DNA of 63,426 nucleotides, filler included, from Pseudogymnoascus verrucosus (lineage: Eukaryota): NCBI GenBank assembly GCA_001662655.1. It is 12 parts of 12 records of this genome, joined end to end, with 100 filler letters (N's around TTAATTAATTAA, not from the genome) between each part and the next. Parts side by side here need not be neighbours in the genome. Positions count along the whole stretch, not along the records: positions 34,571 to 40,553 come from KV460320.1; positions 40,654 to 46,246 come from KV460321.1; positions 46,347 to 50,168 come from KV460323.1; positions 50,269 to 54,068 come from KV460324.1; 8 more parts are not named here. One strand, written 5' to 3'. A program made the position numbers and the translations under genes. Under the pieces are notes generated by a model. It saw only the letters and a list, made by a program, of their open reading frames with translations, was not told where the DNA came from and ran no database searches. This document shows positions 38,868 to 51,363 of this stretch, in pieces; position 1 is the stretch's first letter; each line of letters begins with the position of its first letter.

Positions 38868-39370
38868 ACGTAAGTCGTGGCCATACCGGCTACATGGCCA
38901 TACCGGCTATTAGTACCTTTACATACAAGTTTGTATGTAATGATACTTACACTTACAAAAAATCAGAATATTATAACTCCTTTAATAAAAATGCTAGAGT
39001 ATGTCCCTCTTATATATAATAGTATATAAACTTTAAACTATTATATACTATATATAAAAACGTTAATAGCACTAGCTTCTTTTTGCATAAGCTATTAAAG
39101 ATTTTAACTTTTATTATATAAAAATTTAGTATGACAAATCTAAAACTGTTAATAACTTCCTTATAACACTAGCTTATATGCTAGTGTTTTTAATTATAAG
39201 GTATAGGTATATAAAGACTCTTTATATAAGAGGGTTAAGTCCTACTATTTTTATTACAAAAGTTATTAGGAATTCAATTGTAGGTCATGTGATGTAAATC
39301 TGACCAACTTTTGGTGGGGTTGGCAAATGAGCCGGTATGGCCATTGAGCCGGTATGGCCACGACTTACGT
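38868..39370. mobile_element. MITE (503 bp)
   Basis: TIRs CCATACCGGCT, TA-flanked. Confidence 0.9.
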
Positions 39371-39656
39371 TACATCTCATGTGCTACAACCACTTGATAT
39401 TTCGATTTTTGGACCTCTAAAGCAATACCTTACAACTGCACTATCAAACCTTAATGAGGCGCAACTCCTACGAATACAAAAAGCAGAGTGGCTAGAAGCA
39501 TATATTACTGCAAGAGCAGCTGCTTTTTCAACTTCAAATATCAATTCTGCTTGGAGAGGGAGTGGGCTACAGCCATTTCAACCGCAAACAGTCATTCGAG
39601 CAGCTACACTTCCTACTACAGACGTAGTAGTATTAGAACGGCCACATACTCCTATA

Positions 39657-40139
39657 ACGTAAGTCGTGGCGTAACGGGTGTAATGGCGTAACGGGGGTAT
39701 GTACCTTTACAGCTAAACTTGTAAGCAATAGTACTTAGAACCAAAAACTTCAAACCTAAATAACTCTATAAATAAAATTAGTGAACCTTATTCCTTATAT
39801 GTATTAGAACTGTATATAATACTCTTTTACATAAAAAAACGCTAGTAACACTATAATTGTTTTGCATAAGTTATTAAAGGTCTAAGATTTTACCATACAA
39901 AATATTAGTATAGTAAATCTATAATTGTTAATAACTTCCTTATATAACTAGCTTACAGGCTGAAATTTCTAAGTCGAATATATGTATATATAAAGTTTCT
40001 ATATACAAAAGTATTATACTTTATATCACCTACTTAAGTAGTTATTAAAGGTTTTAATACTAGTCACATGATATAAATTCGCTAGCAAAATACCACTACC
40101 CCCGTTACGCCATTACACCCGTTACGCCACGACTTACGT
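39657..40139. mobile_element. MITE (483 bp)
   Basis: TIRs CGTAACGGGTGTA, TA duplication, host contiguous. Confidence 0.93.
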
Positions 40140-40653
40140 TAGAGCATGATATTTTTGAGAAGGTATTCTTAAACAGTAGTCCACCTGATTTTAATACCCT
40201 TCAAAAAGCGAATTCTGTGCTCTCTACAGCCTTAAATCAAGGTGTTTTGAATACTCCTACAAAGCGATATATCAATAAGTTAGCAGATGAGTCAGAACGC
40301 CTTAATACACACAATACCCTTCAAAAAAGAGAGTGTGATAACTTACGCTCAATTATCCAGAAGCGTAGGACACAGAATAAGGGTAAAAGAGCTATTTTAA
40401 AGGGTCAATTCCACATTTCTACAGAAGAACTCCGGTCGCAAGTTATAGAAGCAGAAGCAGCAACAGCCACAGCTTTGCAGAGGCCTAGAACAACGCCACG
40501 ACCTATAAACGAAGCTATAATTGAGGAAATAGATGAAGAGAGTGAAGAAGAGCNNNNNNNNNNNNNNNNNNNNNNNNNNNNNNNNNNNNNNNNNNNNTTA
40601 ATTAATTAANNNNNNNNNNNNNNNNNNNNNNNNNNNNNNNNNNNNNNNNNNNN

Positions 40654-41807
40654 TGTAAGGTGTTGCTTTAAGGGCCCAAAAATCGAAATATCAAGTGGCT
40701 GTAGAACATGAGATGTATGAGGAGGTATTATAAGGAGCGATATTCGATTTTGAATGTAGTGTGATATAAAGCTTCCACTTATATAGCTATCGTGGCCGTT
40801 GCAAATAAGGAGCCTCTGTTGTAGTTTTCCATTTAGAAGTGTTGCTTTTGCTCTTGTAGAGGGCTCAAAAACGCGTTTTAACTACTCTAATCCATGTAGA
40901 TTGCTTGTCCATCCTTTTGTGTTTGCAGAGAAGTGCCATTTTTGTATAACGTCCTTCGGAATCCAGCTCTATAGTATATTCTGTCCTTTGAAGATAATGA
41001 GGGGTTCGATAGCTGTTCCGTCTATACAGATGCATTTAACTGCAGACACCTATTCCTGTCGGCCAGGATGAGCCTGAAATCGCGTACGGAGCGTAGAGTC
41101 GACTATAATTCGTGTAGATTGCATAGTTCTAATTGAAAATCCAGTCTCATCTATATTATAGGTATTGTAGTTTTCGATTTTTAGCTCTGTTATAAGGCTT
41201 TTATACGCGTCAAACTACCCCCTTAACACCTCTTTTGTCACCCCATTCATCCTTTGCGCCTCAACTCTACGTCCTAACTTAACACGTAAGTTAGGATGCC
41301 TTTGAATGAATCGTGGAACCTACTCTTGCCTAAGAGGTAACTTAGGAATTTGAGGTTGTAGTTGTTGAGTTTGTAGTTGTTGTTGTAGGTGTTGTTGTTG
41401 AGGCTGAAAAACGCGACACTTATTTGACCGGACTTCATCTGCAACCTCCCGTAATATCCGATGGCTAGGAGCGTAGCCGCTTACAGTAAGCTCCTTAATC
41501 CACTTTAAGAGCGTTTGCTCTTGAGTTTTTGAGAGTAGTTGTTGCTTTTGACATGCTTCCTGTCGCGTATTACCACCATTAACACGAGCTACTACAGTAT
41601 TAGGACGGAGACCTAGAGCCTTTGCAGCAGCATACGCTGATTTAAATTTTCCAGTCTATACTCCTAGAACTGCTTTAGACAGTTGTAAATTGCGTTCTTG
41701 AGCTCTCTTACTCTTACGCTTCACCATTGTAAGGTGGTAGTAGGTTGGTGTTAATGGGTTTGATGGGGTGGCCAACCCCACTATGTCGGTAAGGCCATGA
41801 CTTACGT
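40654..41807 (-). mobile_element. Fot1/pogo-like transposon 5' portion
   Basis: ATG at 41727 (MVKRKSKRAQERNLQL...); TIR core CCTTACCGAC. Two further stacked TIR ends finish at 41868 and 42019. Confidence 0.9.
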
Positions 41808-42154
41808 TACTCCCGATTACGCCATACTCCCGATTACGCCATACTCCCGATTACGCCACGACCTACGTTATCTATGGTAATAGTACGCATCTTAACGTAT
41901 TATCTACAGAGCCTAGAAAACATCTACGACCTTATTAAAAAAGTTGATTTTTTTTGGTGAGGGGACACCACATGATTATGCCGGTTACGCCATTGTGCCG
42001 GTTACGCCACGACTTACGTTAACTCTAGAGTTGAAATGTGGAATTAACCCTTTAAAACAGCTCTCTTACCCTTATTCTGTACTCTACGCTTCTAAATAAT
42101 TAACCGTAAGTTAGCTGTCTCTCTTTTTTAAAGAGTATTACGTGTATTAACGTA

Positions 42155-42639
42155 ACGTAAGTCGTGGTCAGACCGGCTACATGGCCAGACCGGCTACTTA
42201 GCTCACCCCACTAAAACCAAGGTCACTAAATCAAAATTAAAACCATAATAACTTTTGTAATAGTGTATATAAAGCTTAATCCTCTTAAATTATGTTTTTT
42301 CATATAATAATCTAATATGTATATACACACTAGTAGTACTACCTTTGTTTTACAAGAGATATTAAGGCTTATATTTTTACTATACAAATATTTATATAGT
42401 AAAACTTAAAACTGTTATTAACTTATATAAAAAGACACTAGTAATATTACCCTTTTTACATATAGTAGATACATACTTAAAGTTTCTATATAGAAAAGGG
42501 ATTTGCTCTAGCATTTTTATTAATAGAGTTATTATAGTTATAATTTTTTCGCAAGCATAAGTACTTCTGCATATAAATTTGTATGTGATGGTACTAATAG
42601 CCGGTCTGGCCATGTAGCCGGTCTGACCACGACTTACGT
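42155..42639. mobile_element. MITE (485 bp)
   Basis: TIRs TCAGACCGGCTAC, TA-flanked. It abuts another MITE end starting at 42642, whose matching TIR lies at 48280-48319. Confidence 0.92.
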
Positions 42640-42924
42640 TAACGTAGGTCATGGCCTAAAGGGCTACATGGCCTAAAGGGCTATTCTAGAAACCACACCA
42701 AAATCCACGCTACGTGACTAAAATTAAAACCTTGATAACTTCTGTAATAATGGTTATAAATCTTAATGCTCTTAGACTATTACTCTTTATATAATCATCT
42801 AATATATGTAAAAACGCTAGTAGCGCTAGTCTTATTTTACAATAAATATTAAGGTTTTAACTTTTACTATATAAAATATTTATATAGTAAAACTTAAACT
42901 ATAAATAACTCTTTAATAAGACTA

Positions 42925-44859
42925 ACGTAAGTCGTGGCCTAATGGCACCAATGGCCTACTGGCACTAGTGGGGTTAGGCCGACCCCATCAAAGCTTCAAA
43001 AAATTGCAATAATTCAATTACTACCACCCTAATTCATCTATATCATCATCAGAAGGCTCTTCTTCGCTCTCTTCATCCATTTCCTCAATTATAGCTTCGT
43101 TTATAGGTCGTAGCGTTGTTCTAGGCCTCTGTGAAGCTATGGCTGTTGCTGCTTCTGCTTCTACAACTTGCGACTGGAGTTCTTCTGTAGAAATGTGGAA
43201 TTGACCCTTTAAAACTGCTCTCTTACCCTTATTCTGTGCCCTACGCTTCTGGATAATTGAGCGTAAGTTATCACACTCTCTTTTTTGAAGGGTGTTGCGT
43301 GTATTAAGGCGTTCTGACTCATCTGCTAACTTATTGATATATCGCTTTGTAGGAGTATTAAGAGTACTACTCCGACTTATTGTAGTAGACAGAACTGTAT
43401 TTGCTTTGTGAAGTGTTTGAAAATCAGGTGGACTGCTATTCAAAAATACCTTCTCAAAAATATCATGCTCTGTAGGAGTATGTGGTCGTTCTAATACTAC
43501 TACGTCTATAGTAGGGAGCGTAGCTGCGCGAATGACTGTTTGCGGCTGGAATGGCTGTAGCCCACTCCCTCTCCATGCAGAATTAATATTTGCATTTGAA
43601 AAAGCAGCTGCTCTTGCAGTAATATATGCTTCAAGCCACTCTGCTTTCTGTATTCGTAGGAGTTGCGCCTCATTTAGGTGCGAGAGAGCAGTTGTAAGGT
43701 GTTGCTTTAAGGGCCCAAAAATCGAAATATCAAGTGGCTGCAGAACATGAGATGTATGAGGAGGTATTATAAGGAGCGATATTCGATTTTGAATGCAGTG
43801 TGATATAAAGCTTCCGCTTATATGGCTATCATGGCCGTCGCAAATAAGGAGCCTCTGTTGTAGTTTGCCATTTTGTGTTGCTTTTACTCTTGTAGAGGGC
43901 TCAAAAACGCGTTTTAGCCACTCTAATCCATGAAGATTGCTTGTCCATCCTTTTGTGTTTGCAGAGAAGTGCCATTTTTGTATAACTTCCTTCGGAATCC
44001 AGCTTTGTAGTATATTCTGTCCTTTGAAGATAATAAGGGGTTCGATAGCTGTTCCGTCCATACAGATGCATTCAACAGCAGACACCCATTCCTGTCGGCC
44101 AGGATGAGCCTGAAATCGCGTACGGAGTGTAGAGTCGACTATAATTCGTGTAGATTGCATAGTTCCAATTGAAAATCCAGTCTCATCCATATTGTAGGTG
44201 TTATAGTTTTCGATTTTTAGCTCTGTTATAAGGCTTTTATACGCGTCAAACCACCCCTTTAACACCTCTTTTGTTACCCCATTCATCCTCTGTGCCTCAA
44301 CTCTACGTCCTAACTTAACACGTAAGTTAGGATGCCTTTGAATGAATCGTGGAACCCAATCTTGCCCAAGAGGTAACTTAGGTATTTGAGGTTGTAGTTG
44401 TAGTTGTAGTTGTGGTTGTTGAAGCTGTAGGTGTTGAGGCTGAAAAACGCGACACTTATTTGACCGGACTTCATCTGCAACCTCACGTAGGATTCGATGG
44501 CTAGGCGCGTAGCCACTTGTAGTAAGCTCTTTAATCCACTTTAAAAGTGTCTTTTCTTGATTTTTTGAGAGTAGTTGTTGTTTTTGACGCGCTTCTACAC
44601 GTGTAGGCCTACCATTTAAGCGGCGCCTAATAGATTGCACAGGGAGGTCTAAAGCCTTAGCAGCTGCATAAGCAGACTTAAATTGATTTGATCGGACAGC
44701 TAATACTGCCTTCTCTATTTCAATATTATGCTCTTGGGCCTTAATACTCCTACGCTTAACCATTTGATGTAGTAGTGGTGATAGTCGAGTGGTTGATAGG
44801 GTGGGCCCAACCCCACTAGTGCCAGTAGGCCATTGGTGCCATTAGGCCACGACTTACGT
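42925..44859 (-). mobile_element. Intact autonomous Fot1/pogo-like transposon (1935 bp)
   Basis: Matching TIRs ACGTAAGTCGTGGCCTAATGGCACCAATGGCCTACTGGCACTAGTGGGGTT, TA on both sides, uninterrupted ORF. Confidence 0.96.
43021..44763 (-). CDS. pogo/Fot1-family transposase (HTH + CENP-B-type HTH + DDE_1, DD35D), 580 aa
   Basis: YNMDETG, LLICDGH and LQPLD, with 35 residues between the last two Asp. Acidic C-terminal tail. Confidence 0.95.
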   Translation of the reverse strand: MVKRRSIKAQEHNIEIEKAVLAVRSNQFKSAYAAAKALDLPVQSIRRRLNGRPTRVEARQKQQLLSKNQEKTLLKWIKELTTSGYAPSHRILREVADEVRSNKCRVFQPQHLQLQQPQLQLQLQPQIPKLPLGQDWVPRFIQRHPNLRVKLGRRVEAQRMNGVTKEVLKGWFDAYKSLITELKIENYNTYNMDETGFSIGTMQSTRIIVDSTLRTRFQAHPGRQEWVSAVECICMDGTAIEPLIIFKGQNILQSWIPKEVIQKWHFSANTKGWTSNLHGLEWLKRVFEPSTRVKATQNGKLQQRLLICDGHDSHISGSFISHCIQNRISLLIIPPHTSHVLQPLDISIFGPLKQHLTTALSHLNEAQLLRIQKAEWLEAYITARAAAFSNANINSAWRGSGLQPFQPQTVIRAATLPTIDVVVLERPHTPTEHDIFEKVFLNSSPPDFQTLHKANTVLSTTISRSSTLNTPTKRYINKLADESERLNTRNTLQKRECDNLRSIIQKRRAQNKGKRAVLKGQFHISTEELQSQVVEAEAATAIASQRPRTTLRPINEAIIEEMDEESEEEPSDDDIDELGW

Positions 44860-44861
44860 TA

Positions 44862-46029
44862 GCAAGCTTAATAAAGGCTAGCACCTACTACCGTGGCTTT
44901 ATGGCCCTTAATGCTACTTATACAAAATTAAAATATCAAATGATGCTTCTAATAGCTATAACAATTAACGCAAACGATAACTTATTACCACTTGCATAGG
45001 CCTTAGTACCTATAGAAAATGTTAAGTAGTGCACATGGTTCTTAAAATTCATCTAAGAGCATTTTTTATAGGCAAATAGTAAGCAAATGGTCTTTATAAG
45101 CGATAGAGATAAGGGTATTGCTTCTACTATTAAAACCAATTTTCCAAATGGTAGCCAAGCTCATTGTTGCCAACACATTGCTAATAACCTACAAAGTAAA
45201 TTTGGTCTAACTTATAGGAATCAATTTTAGAAGGTTGCAAGAGTAAAGAATAGGATAGCATTTAAAGTAAGTTATTACCTATTTCCTTCTGTTCTAAGTT
45301 ACTATGTGGTTCTATCCACTATGTGTGTTCTAAGTTACTACGTGTGTTCTATGTTAACCTATAATAGGAACAATGGAAAATAATAGAGGAGCTAAGCTAT
45401 GAAGCAAGCTGCTATTTACGCAATATTCCATTTAAATTATAGACAAGCTGCTACTACCTATGGCCTCGATATAGCCATGATACATCAAATATTGCAGAGT
45501 CTTTAAATAGTGCCTAGCGCGATATCCGGACCTTACAACCCCTTAAAATGATGGACTCAATTTAGTCATATATTATGAAAACAGTCCATGATCGTAGAAT
45601 ACGCCCTCAAATGGGCCATGTAATTGTAGACATACTATGGAATAAATTTCAAGGGAGACTAAAGGAGTCTCATAGATTCCGGGTTTGTGAGTCTGGAAAT
45701 GGCATATATCAGGTGCAAATACCTAATATAGGTTATAAGTTCATAGTTAACTTACGCACATTTGAGTGCTCTTGTATAAACTTTTAGGAACATCAAGCTC
45801 CTTGTTCTCATGCTATTTGCGCAGCAAGGTAAGTTAACTTAACTCTTAACTCTTAACTTAACTCTTAACTCTTAACTTAACTCTTAACTCTTAACTTAAC
45901 TCTTAACTCTTAACTTAACTCTTAACTTAACTCTTAACTTAACTCTTAACTTACATACTAACTTATACATTTAGACATGATCTAATTGATCCTATTACAC
46001 TTTTTGATGCAAGTTATCAGCTTAATACC
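44862..46029 (+). mobile_element. Mutator-like (MULE) transposase fragment with SWIM finger, RIPped
   Basis: LLIAITINANDNLLPLA*ALVPIEN, FISDRDKGI, HCCQHIANN, HDTSNIAESLN, ECSC...PCSHAI. Two probable introns. Confidence 0.85.
45833..45953. repeat. Mixed CTTAA/CTCTTAA microsatellite inside a probable MULE intron
   Basis: Tandem 5-mer and 7-mer units directly after a GTAAGT donor. Confidence 0.85.
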
Positions 46030-46031
46030 TA

Positions 46032-46246
46032 ACGTAAGTCATGGTGTAAAGTCGGTAATGGGGTAAAGTCGGTAGTGGGGTTAGGGCCACCCCATCAAAA
46101 CCATCAAAAAATTGTAACAATTCAATTATTACTATGCTAATTCATCTATATCATTATCAGAAAGCTCCTCTTCGCTCTCCTCGCTCTCTTCTTCACGCTC
46201 ACTATTAGTTAAGTTAACTATTAAGGTAGGTTGTTGCGTTGTTCTA
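46032..46246 (-). mobile_element. pogo-like transposon 3' end
   Basis: TIR core TGTAAAGTCGGTA; near-identical to 6325-6540. Confidence 0.85.
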
Positions 46247-46346
46247 NNNNNNNNNNNNNNNNNNNNNNNNNNNNNNNNNNNNNNNNNNNNTTAATTAATT
46301 AANNNNNNNNNNNNNNNNNNNNNNNNNNNNNNNNNNNNNNNNNNNN

Positions 46347-47782
46347 ATTCAAAGGCATCCTAACTTACGTGTTAAGTTAGGACGTAGAGTTGAGGCACAA
46401 AGGATGAATGGGGTCACAAAGCAGGTGTTGAAGGGGTGGTTTGACGCGTATAAGAGCCTCATAACAGAGCTAAAAATTGAAAACTACAATACCTATAACA
46501 TGGACGAGACTGGATTTTCAATTGGAACTATGCAATCTACACGAATTATAGTTGATTCTACGCTCCGTACGCGATTCCAAGCTCATCCTGGCCGACAGGA
46601 ATGGGTGTCTGCTGTTGAATGCATCTGCATGGATGGAACAGCTATCGAACCCCTTATTATCTTTAAAGGACAGAACATCCTACAAAGCTGGATTCCGAAG
46701 GAGGTTATACAAAAATGGCACTTCTCTGCAAACACAAAAGGGTGGACAAGCAATCTACATGGATTAGAGTGGTTAAAACGCGTTTTTGAGCCCTCTACAA
46801 GAGCAAAAGCAACACAAAATGGACGACTACAGCAACGGCTCCTAATTTGCGATGGCCATGATAGCCATATAAGTGGAAGCTTTATATCACACTGCATTCA
46901 AAATCGAATATCGCTCCTTATACTACCTCCATATACATCTCATGTTCTACAGCCACTTGATATTTCGATTTTTGGGCCCTTAAAGCAACACCTTACAACT
47001 GCTCTCTCGCACCTAAATGAGGCGCAACTCCTACGTATACAGAAAGTAGAGTGGCTAGAAGCATATATAAAAGCAAGAGCAGCTGCTTTTTCAACTTCAA
47101 ACATAACTTCTGCATGGAGAGGGAGTGGCCTACAGCCATTTCAACCACAAACAGTCATTCGAGCAGCTACACTTCCTACTACAGACGTAGTAGTATTAGA
47201 ACGGCCACATACTCCTACAGAGCATGATATTTTTGAGAAGGTATTCTTAAACAGTAGTCCACCTGATTTTAATACCCTTCAAAAAGCGAATTCTGTGCTC
47301 TCTACAGCCTTAAATCAAGGTGTTTTGAATACTCCTACAAAGCGATATATCAATAAGTTAGCAGATGAGTCAGAACGCCTTAATACACGCAATACCCTTC
47401 AAAAAAGAGAGTGTAATAACTTACGTTCAATTATTCAGAAGCGTAGGGCACAGAATAAGGGTAAAAGAGCTGTTTTAAAGGGTCAATTCCACATTTCTAC
47501 AGAAGAACTCCAGTCGCAAGTTATAGAAGCAGAAGCAGTAACAGCTACAGCTTCACAGAGGCCTAGAACAACACCACGACCTATAAACGAGGCTATAATT
47601 GAGGAAATAGATGAAGAGAGTGAAGAAGAGCTATATGATAGCGATTTAGATGAATTGGCTCTATAGTAATTGAATTATTTACGATTTTCTAAGTTAGTAG
47701 TTTGGTGGTTCTGTCCTGGATTTTGGTGGGGTTTTTAGAATCGCCGCTTACGCCATGTCGCCGCTTACGCCACGACTTACGT
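46347..47782 (+). mobile_element. pogo-like transposon 3' portion with open 420-codon ORF (46404-47666); 5' end in gap
   Basis: Complete DD35D triad without stops. TIR core CGTAAGCGGCGAC ends at 47782. Confidence 0.92.
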
Positions 47783-47784
47783 TA

Positions 47785-48277
47785 ACGTAAGTCGTGGTGT
47801 AAGCGCCCTAATGGCGTAAACGCCCTATGTACCTTTGCAGCTAAATTTGTATGTGGAGGTACTTAAAAACGGAAACTTTAAACCTAAATAACTCCTCTAA
47901 TAAAATTATTAAAAATTATTCCTCTTAAATATAAGGACTATGTATAATAATAGTTTATATGTTAAAGCGCTAGTAATACTAGCATCGTGTTACATAAGTT
48001 ATTAAAGGTTTAAGTTTTTACTATACAAAATGCTAGTATGACAAATCTACAATTGTAAATAACTTCCTTATATAGCTAGCTTACATGCTAGCTTAATTAA
48101 TTATAGCAAAAGAGTCTATAAACTTCTTTGATATAAGAGGGTTAAACCCTAGTATTTTTATTAAAGGAGTTATGAAGCCTTTTATTTTCGCAACAATAAG
48201 TACCTCCACATACAAATTTAGCTGCAAAAGTACATGGGGCGTTTACGCCATTAGGGCGTTTACACCACGACTTACGT
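47785..48277. mobile_element. MITE (493 bp)
   Basis: TIRs TGTAARCGCCCTA, TA-flanked, inverted arms extend inward. Confidence 0.92.
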
Positions 48278-49083
48278 TAGCCCTTTAGGCCATGTAGCCC
48301 TTTAGGCCATGACCTACGTTATATAACAAAGATAATAGTATGTTATTATATATGTATTATAATTGACTTGTAGAATAGAAAGAACAAAGGATATCCTATA
48401 GACTAAGCCTCCTTTACATAAACAATGTCTATATTCTAGGAGATTCTAGTGGCAAATGTTGCTATGATCTAATATGTGAAGTCATATAGAATATAATGAT
48501 GTTATAATATTGCCACCTTACTAATATTTGCCACTTAGTATAATAGGGTATAGAAGGCCTTATTACCTTATACTTATGTGATAACTTAAGTTATAACTTA
48601 ACAACAACAGTGTATGTAGTAATAACTCATCTATAGTCAAATAATCTTTCGCGCATATAACTAGTATTATAATAGAACGAAAGTTAATTCTAAATTAGAC
48701 TCTATATTAATCCCATGTATAGTAATGAATTTTCTACTATAAATGAAATATTGTTACATGACTATAGAATAAAATATGTAGTTAATTATAGAATTGCCAC
48801 CTAAATTATCATAAATTACACAATTGCCACCCTATAATATTAAATATGATATAACTTAAGATATGATAGTAATTTAAGCTTATTTTAATCATAACTCATG
48901 TATACTATTACTATATGTTAGAGCGGCAATGCACGTAACAACAATGTTACGTGTAAATAAACAAATAAACAACTTATATAATAACTTAGAACATGTGTAG
49001 GAACAACAACACCATGTAATAACCTAGAACATGGGGTGTAGAAGATAAGCTTAATGACAACTTATAACACGTGTAGAATAGTA

Positions 49084-49577
49084 ACGTAAGTCATGGCGTA
49101 ACGGGACGGATGGCGTAACGGGACGCTTTGCTAGAGCCACCCGCACCCCACCAAAAACCAAGGTCACATGACTAAAATTAAAACGTTAATAACTTTTGTA
49201 ATAATGCTTATAACGCTTAACCCTCTTAGACTATTACTCTTTATATCCCTATTTATTGTAGTTAAATTTGCTAGAGTGTATGCGATTTTTGTTAAGTAGT
49301 TATTTATAGTTTAAGTTTTACCATATAAATATTTTATATAGTAAAAATATAACCTTAATATCTCTTGTAAAACAAAGCTAGTACTACTAGCGTTTTTACG
49401 CATGTTAGATTATGATATAAAGAGTAATATTCTAAGAAGATTAAGCATTATAAGCATTATTACAAAAGTTATTAACGTTTTAATTTTAGTCATGTGACCT
49501 TGGTTTTTGGTGGGGTGCGGGTGGCTCTAGCAAAGCGTCCCGTTACGCCATCCGTCCCGTTACGCCATGACTTACGT
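49084..49577. mobile_element. MITE (494 bp) with about 130-bp inverted arms
   Basis: TIRs CGTAACGGGACGG, TA-flanked. Confidence 0.93.
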
Positions 49578-49579
49578 TA

Positions 49580-50063
49580 ACGTAAGTCGTGGCGTAATGG
49601 GTATAATGGCGTAATGGGTACAATGTACCTTTACAGCTAAATATGTATACAAAGGTACTTACAACTATAGAATTTAGAACCTTAACTACTCCCTTAATAA
49701 AATTTGTAAGGCTTAACCCTCTTATATATAGAAACCCTATATAATTATCTACTATATGTAAAAGACACTAGTAGCTCTAATATTTTTTAGCATAAGTTAT
49801 TAACAGTTTTAGATTTTACCATATAAATTTTTTGTATAGGAAATCTAAAAATGCTAATAACTTCCTTATTAGGCTAGTTTATAAGTTAAACTTTTTAAAT
49901 ATAATATATAAGTATCTAAATATTCTAAATCTAAAAGCATTAAACTTTAAATAGCTTAGTTAAAAAGTTATTAAACGTTTAAATATAGATCACGTGACAC
50001 AAATTCGCTTGTCATTTCAGTATACCCATTACGCCATTATACCCATTACGCCACGACTTACGT
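49580..50063. mobile_element. MITE (484 bp)
   Basis: TIRs CGTAATGGGTATA; shares a TA with the previous MITE. Confidence 0.92.
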
Positions 50064-50268
50064 TAATATATGCATCCATCCATTCCGACTTCTGTATACG
50101 TAGGAGTTGTGCCTCATTTAGGTGCGAGAGAGCAGTTGTAAGGTGTTGCTTTAAGGGCCTAAAAATCGNNNNNNNNNNNNNNNNNNNNNNNNNNNNNNNN
50201 NNNNNNNNNNNNTTAATTAATTAANNNNNNNNNNNNNNNNNNNNNNNNNNNNNNNNNNNNNNNNNNNN

Positions 50269-50818
50269 ATGATATTTTTGAGAAGGTATTCTTAAACAGT
50301 AGTCCACCTGATTTTAATACCCTTTAAAAAGCGAATTCTGTGCTCTCTACAGCCTTAAATCAAGGTGTTTTGAATACTCCTACAAAGCGATATATCAATA
50401 AGTTAGCAGATGAGTCAGAACGCCTTAATACACGCAATACCCTTCAGAAAAGAGAGTGTGATAACTTACGCTCAATTATTCAGAAGCGTAGAGTACAGAA
50501 TAAGGGTAAGAGAGCAGTTTTGAAGGGTCAATTCCACATTTCTACAGAAGAACTCCGGTCGCAAGTTGTAGAAGCAGAAGCAGCAACAGCAACAGCTTCA
50601 CAGAGGCCTAGAACAACGCCACAGCCTATAAACGAAGCTACAATTGAGGAAATAGATGAAGAGAGCGAAGAAGAGCCTTCTGAGGATGATATAGATGAAT
50701 TAGGGTGGTAGTAATTGAATTATTTGCGATTTTTTGAAGTTGATGATATTTTTGATGGGGTGGCCTCAACCCCACTATACCCATTACGCCATTATACCCA
50801 TTACGCCACGACTTACGT
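50269..50818 (+). mobile_element. pogo-like transposon 3' end
   Basis: ORF 50340-50711 ending DIDELGW; TIR core CGTAATGGGTATA. Confidence 0.9.
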
Positions 50819-51363
50819 TAGTGTTGTTGTTCCTATACATGTTCTAGGATATTACATAAGTGTTTGTTTGTTTGTTTATACGTGATATTGTTATTACGTA
50901 CATTACTATCTAATACTATGTCTCCATTCTATAACCCTTTATATTTTAAAGCTTTTACTATTAATCCTCAGGATCTATTTTATAAAATAAAGCCACTTCT
51001 CGGGGTTAGAGCTGCTGAATTTGGCAGGGCGCGGTTGCTACTTTACGCACCCTTTACCTCCAGGCTAAGCCCAAATAAATACACATGATCACAGCCTCAC
51101 ATGTGTTGCCCTTCAAACAGTTCCTCTGTTGACGGTAAACTTCTCATTGATTATAGTTTGCTTTAACTAACGAGTGCATAGGGGCTGCGACGACAGCAGT
51201 TCGTGACAAAGATCTGCAAAGCCTTAGGTCTAAGTGAGTGATCTCTGGACCCTGAGATATCTCGTTAGACTTAGTGGACAAGGACATTCTGGAAATGCAA
51301 CCGTGCTAACTTCGAAAGTACCTCAAATGCTCAGATGATAAATTGCATCTCAAAATCAAGCTC

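Larger units (their letters stand above)
38729..40553 (+). mobile_element. Fragmented pogo-like transposon carrying two MITEs
   Basis: TIR at 38729 and ATG at 38849 (MVKRKS), then a MITE. Transposase resumes at TSHVLQPLD (39373) and again at EHDIFEK (40142). Confidence 0.85.
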
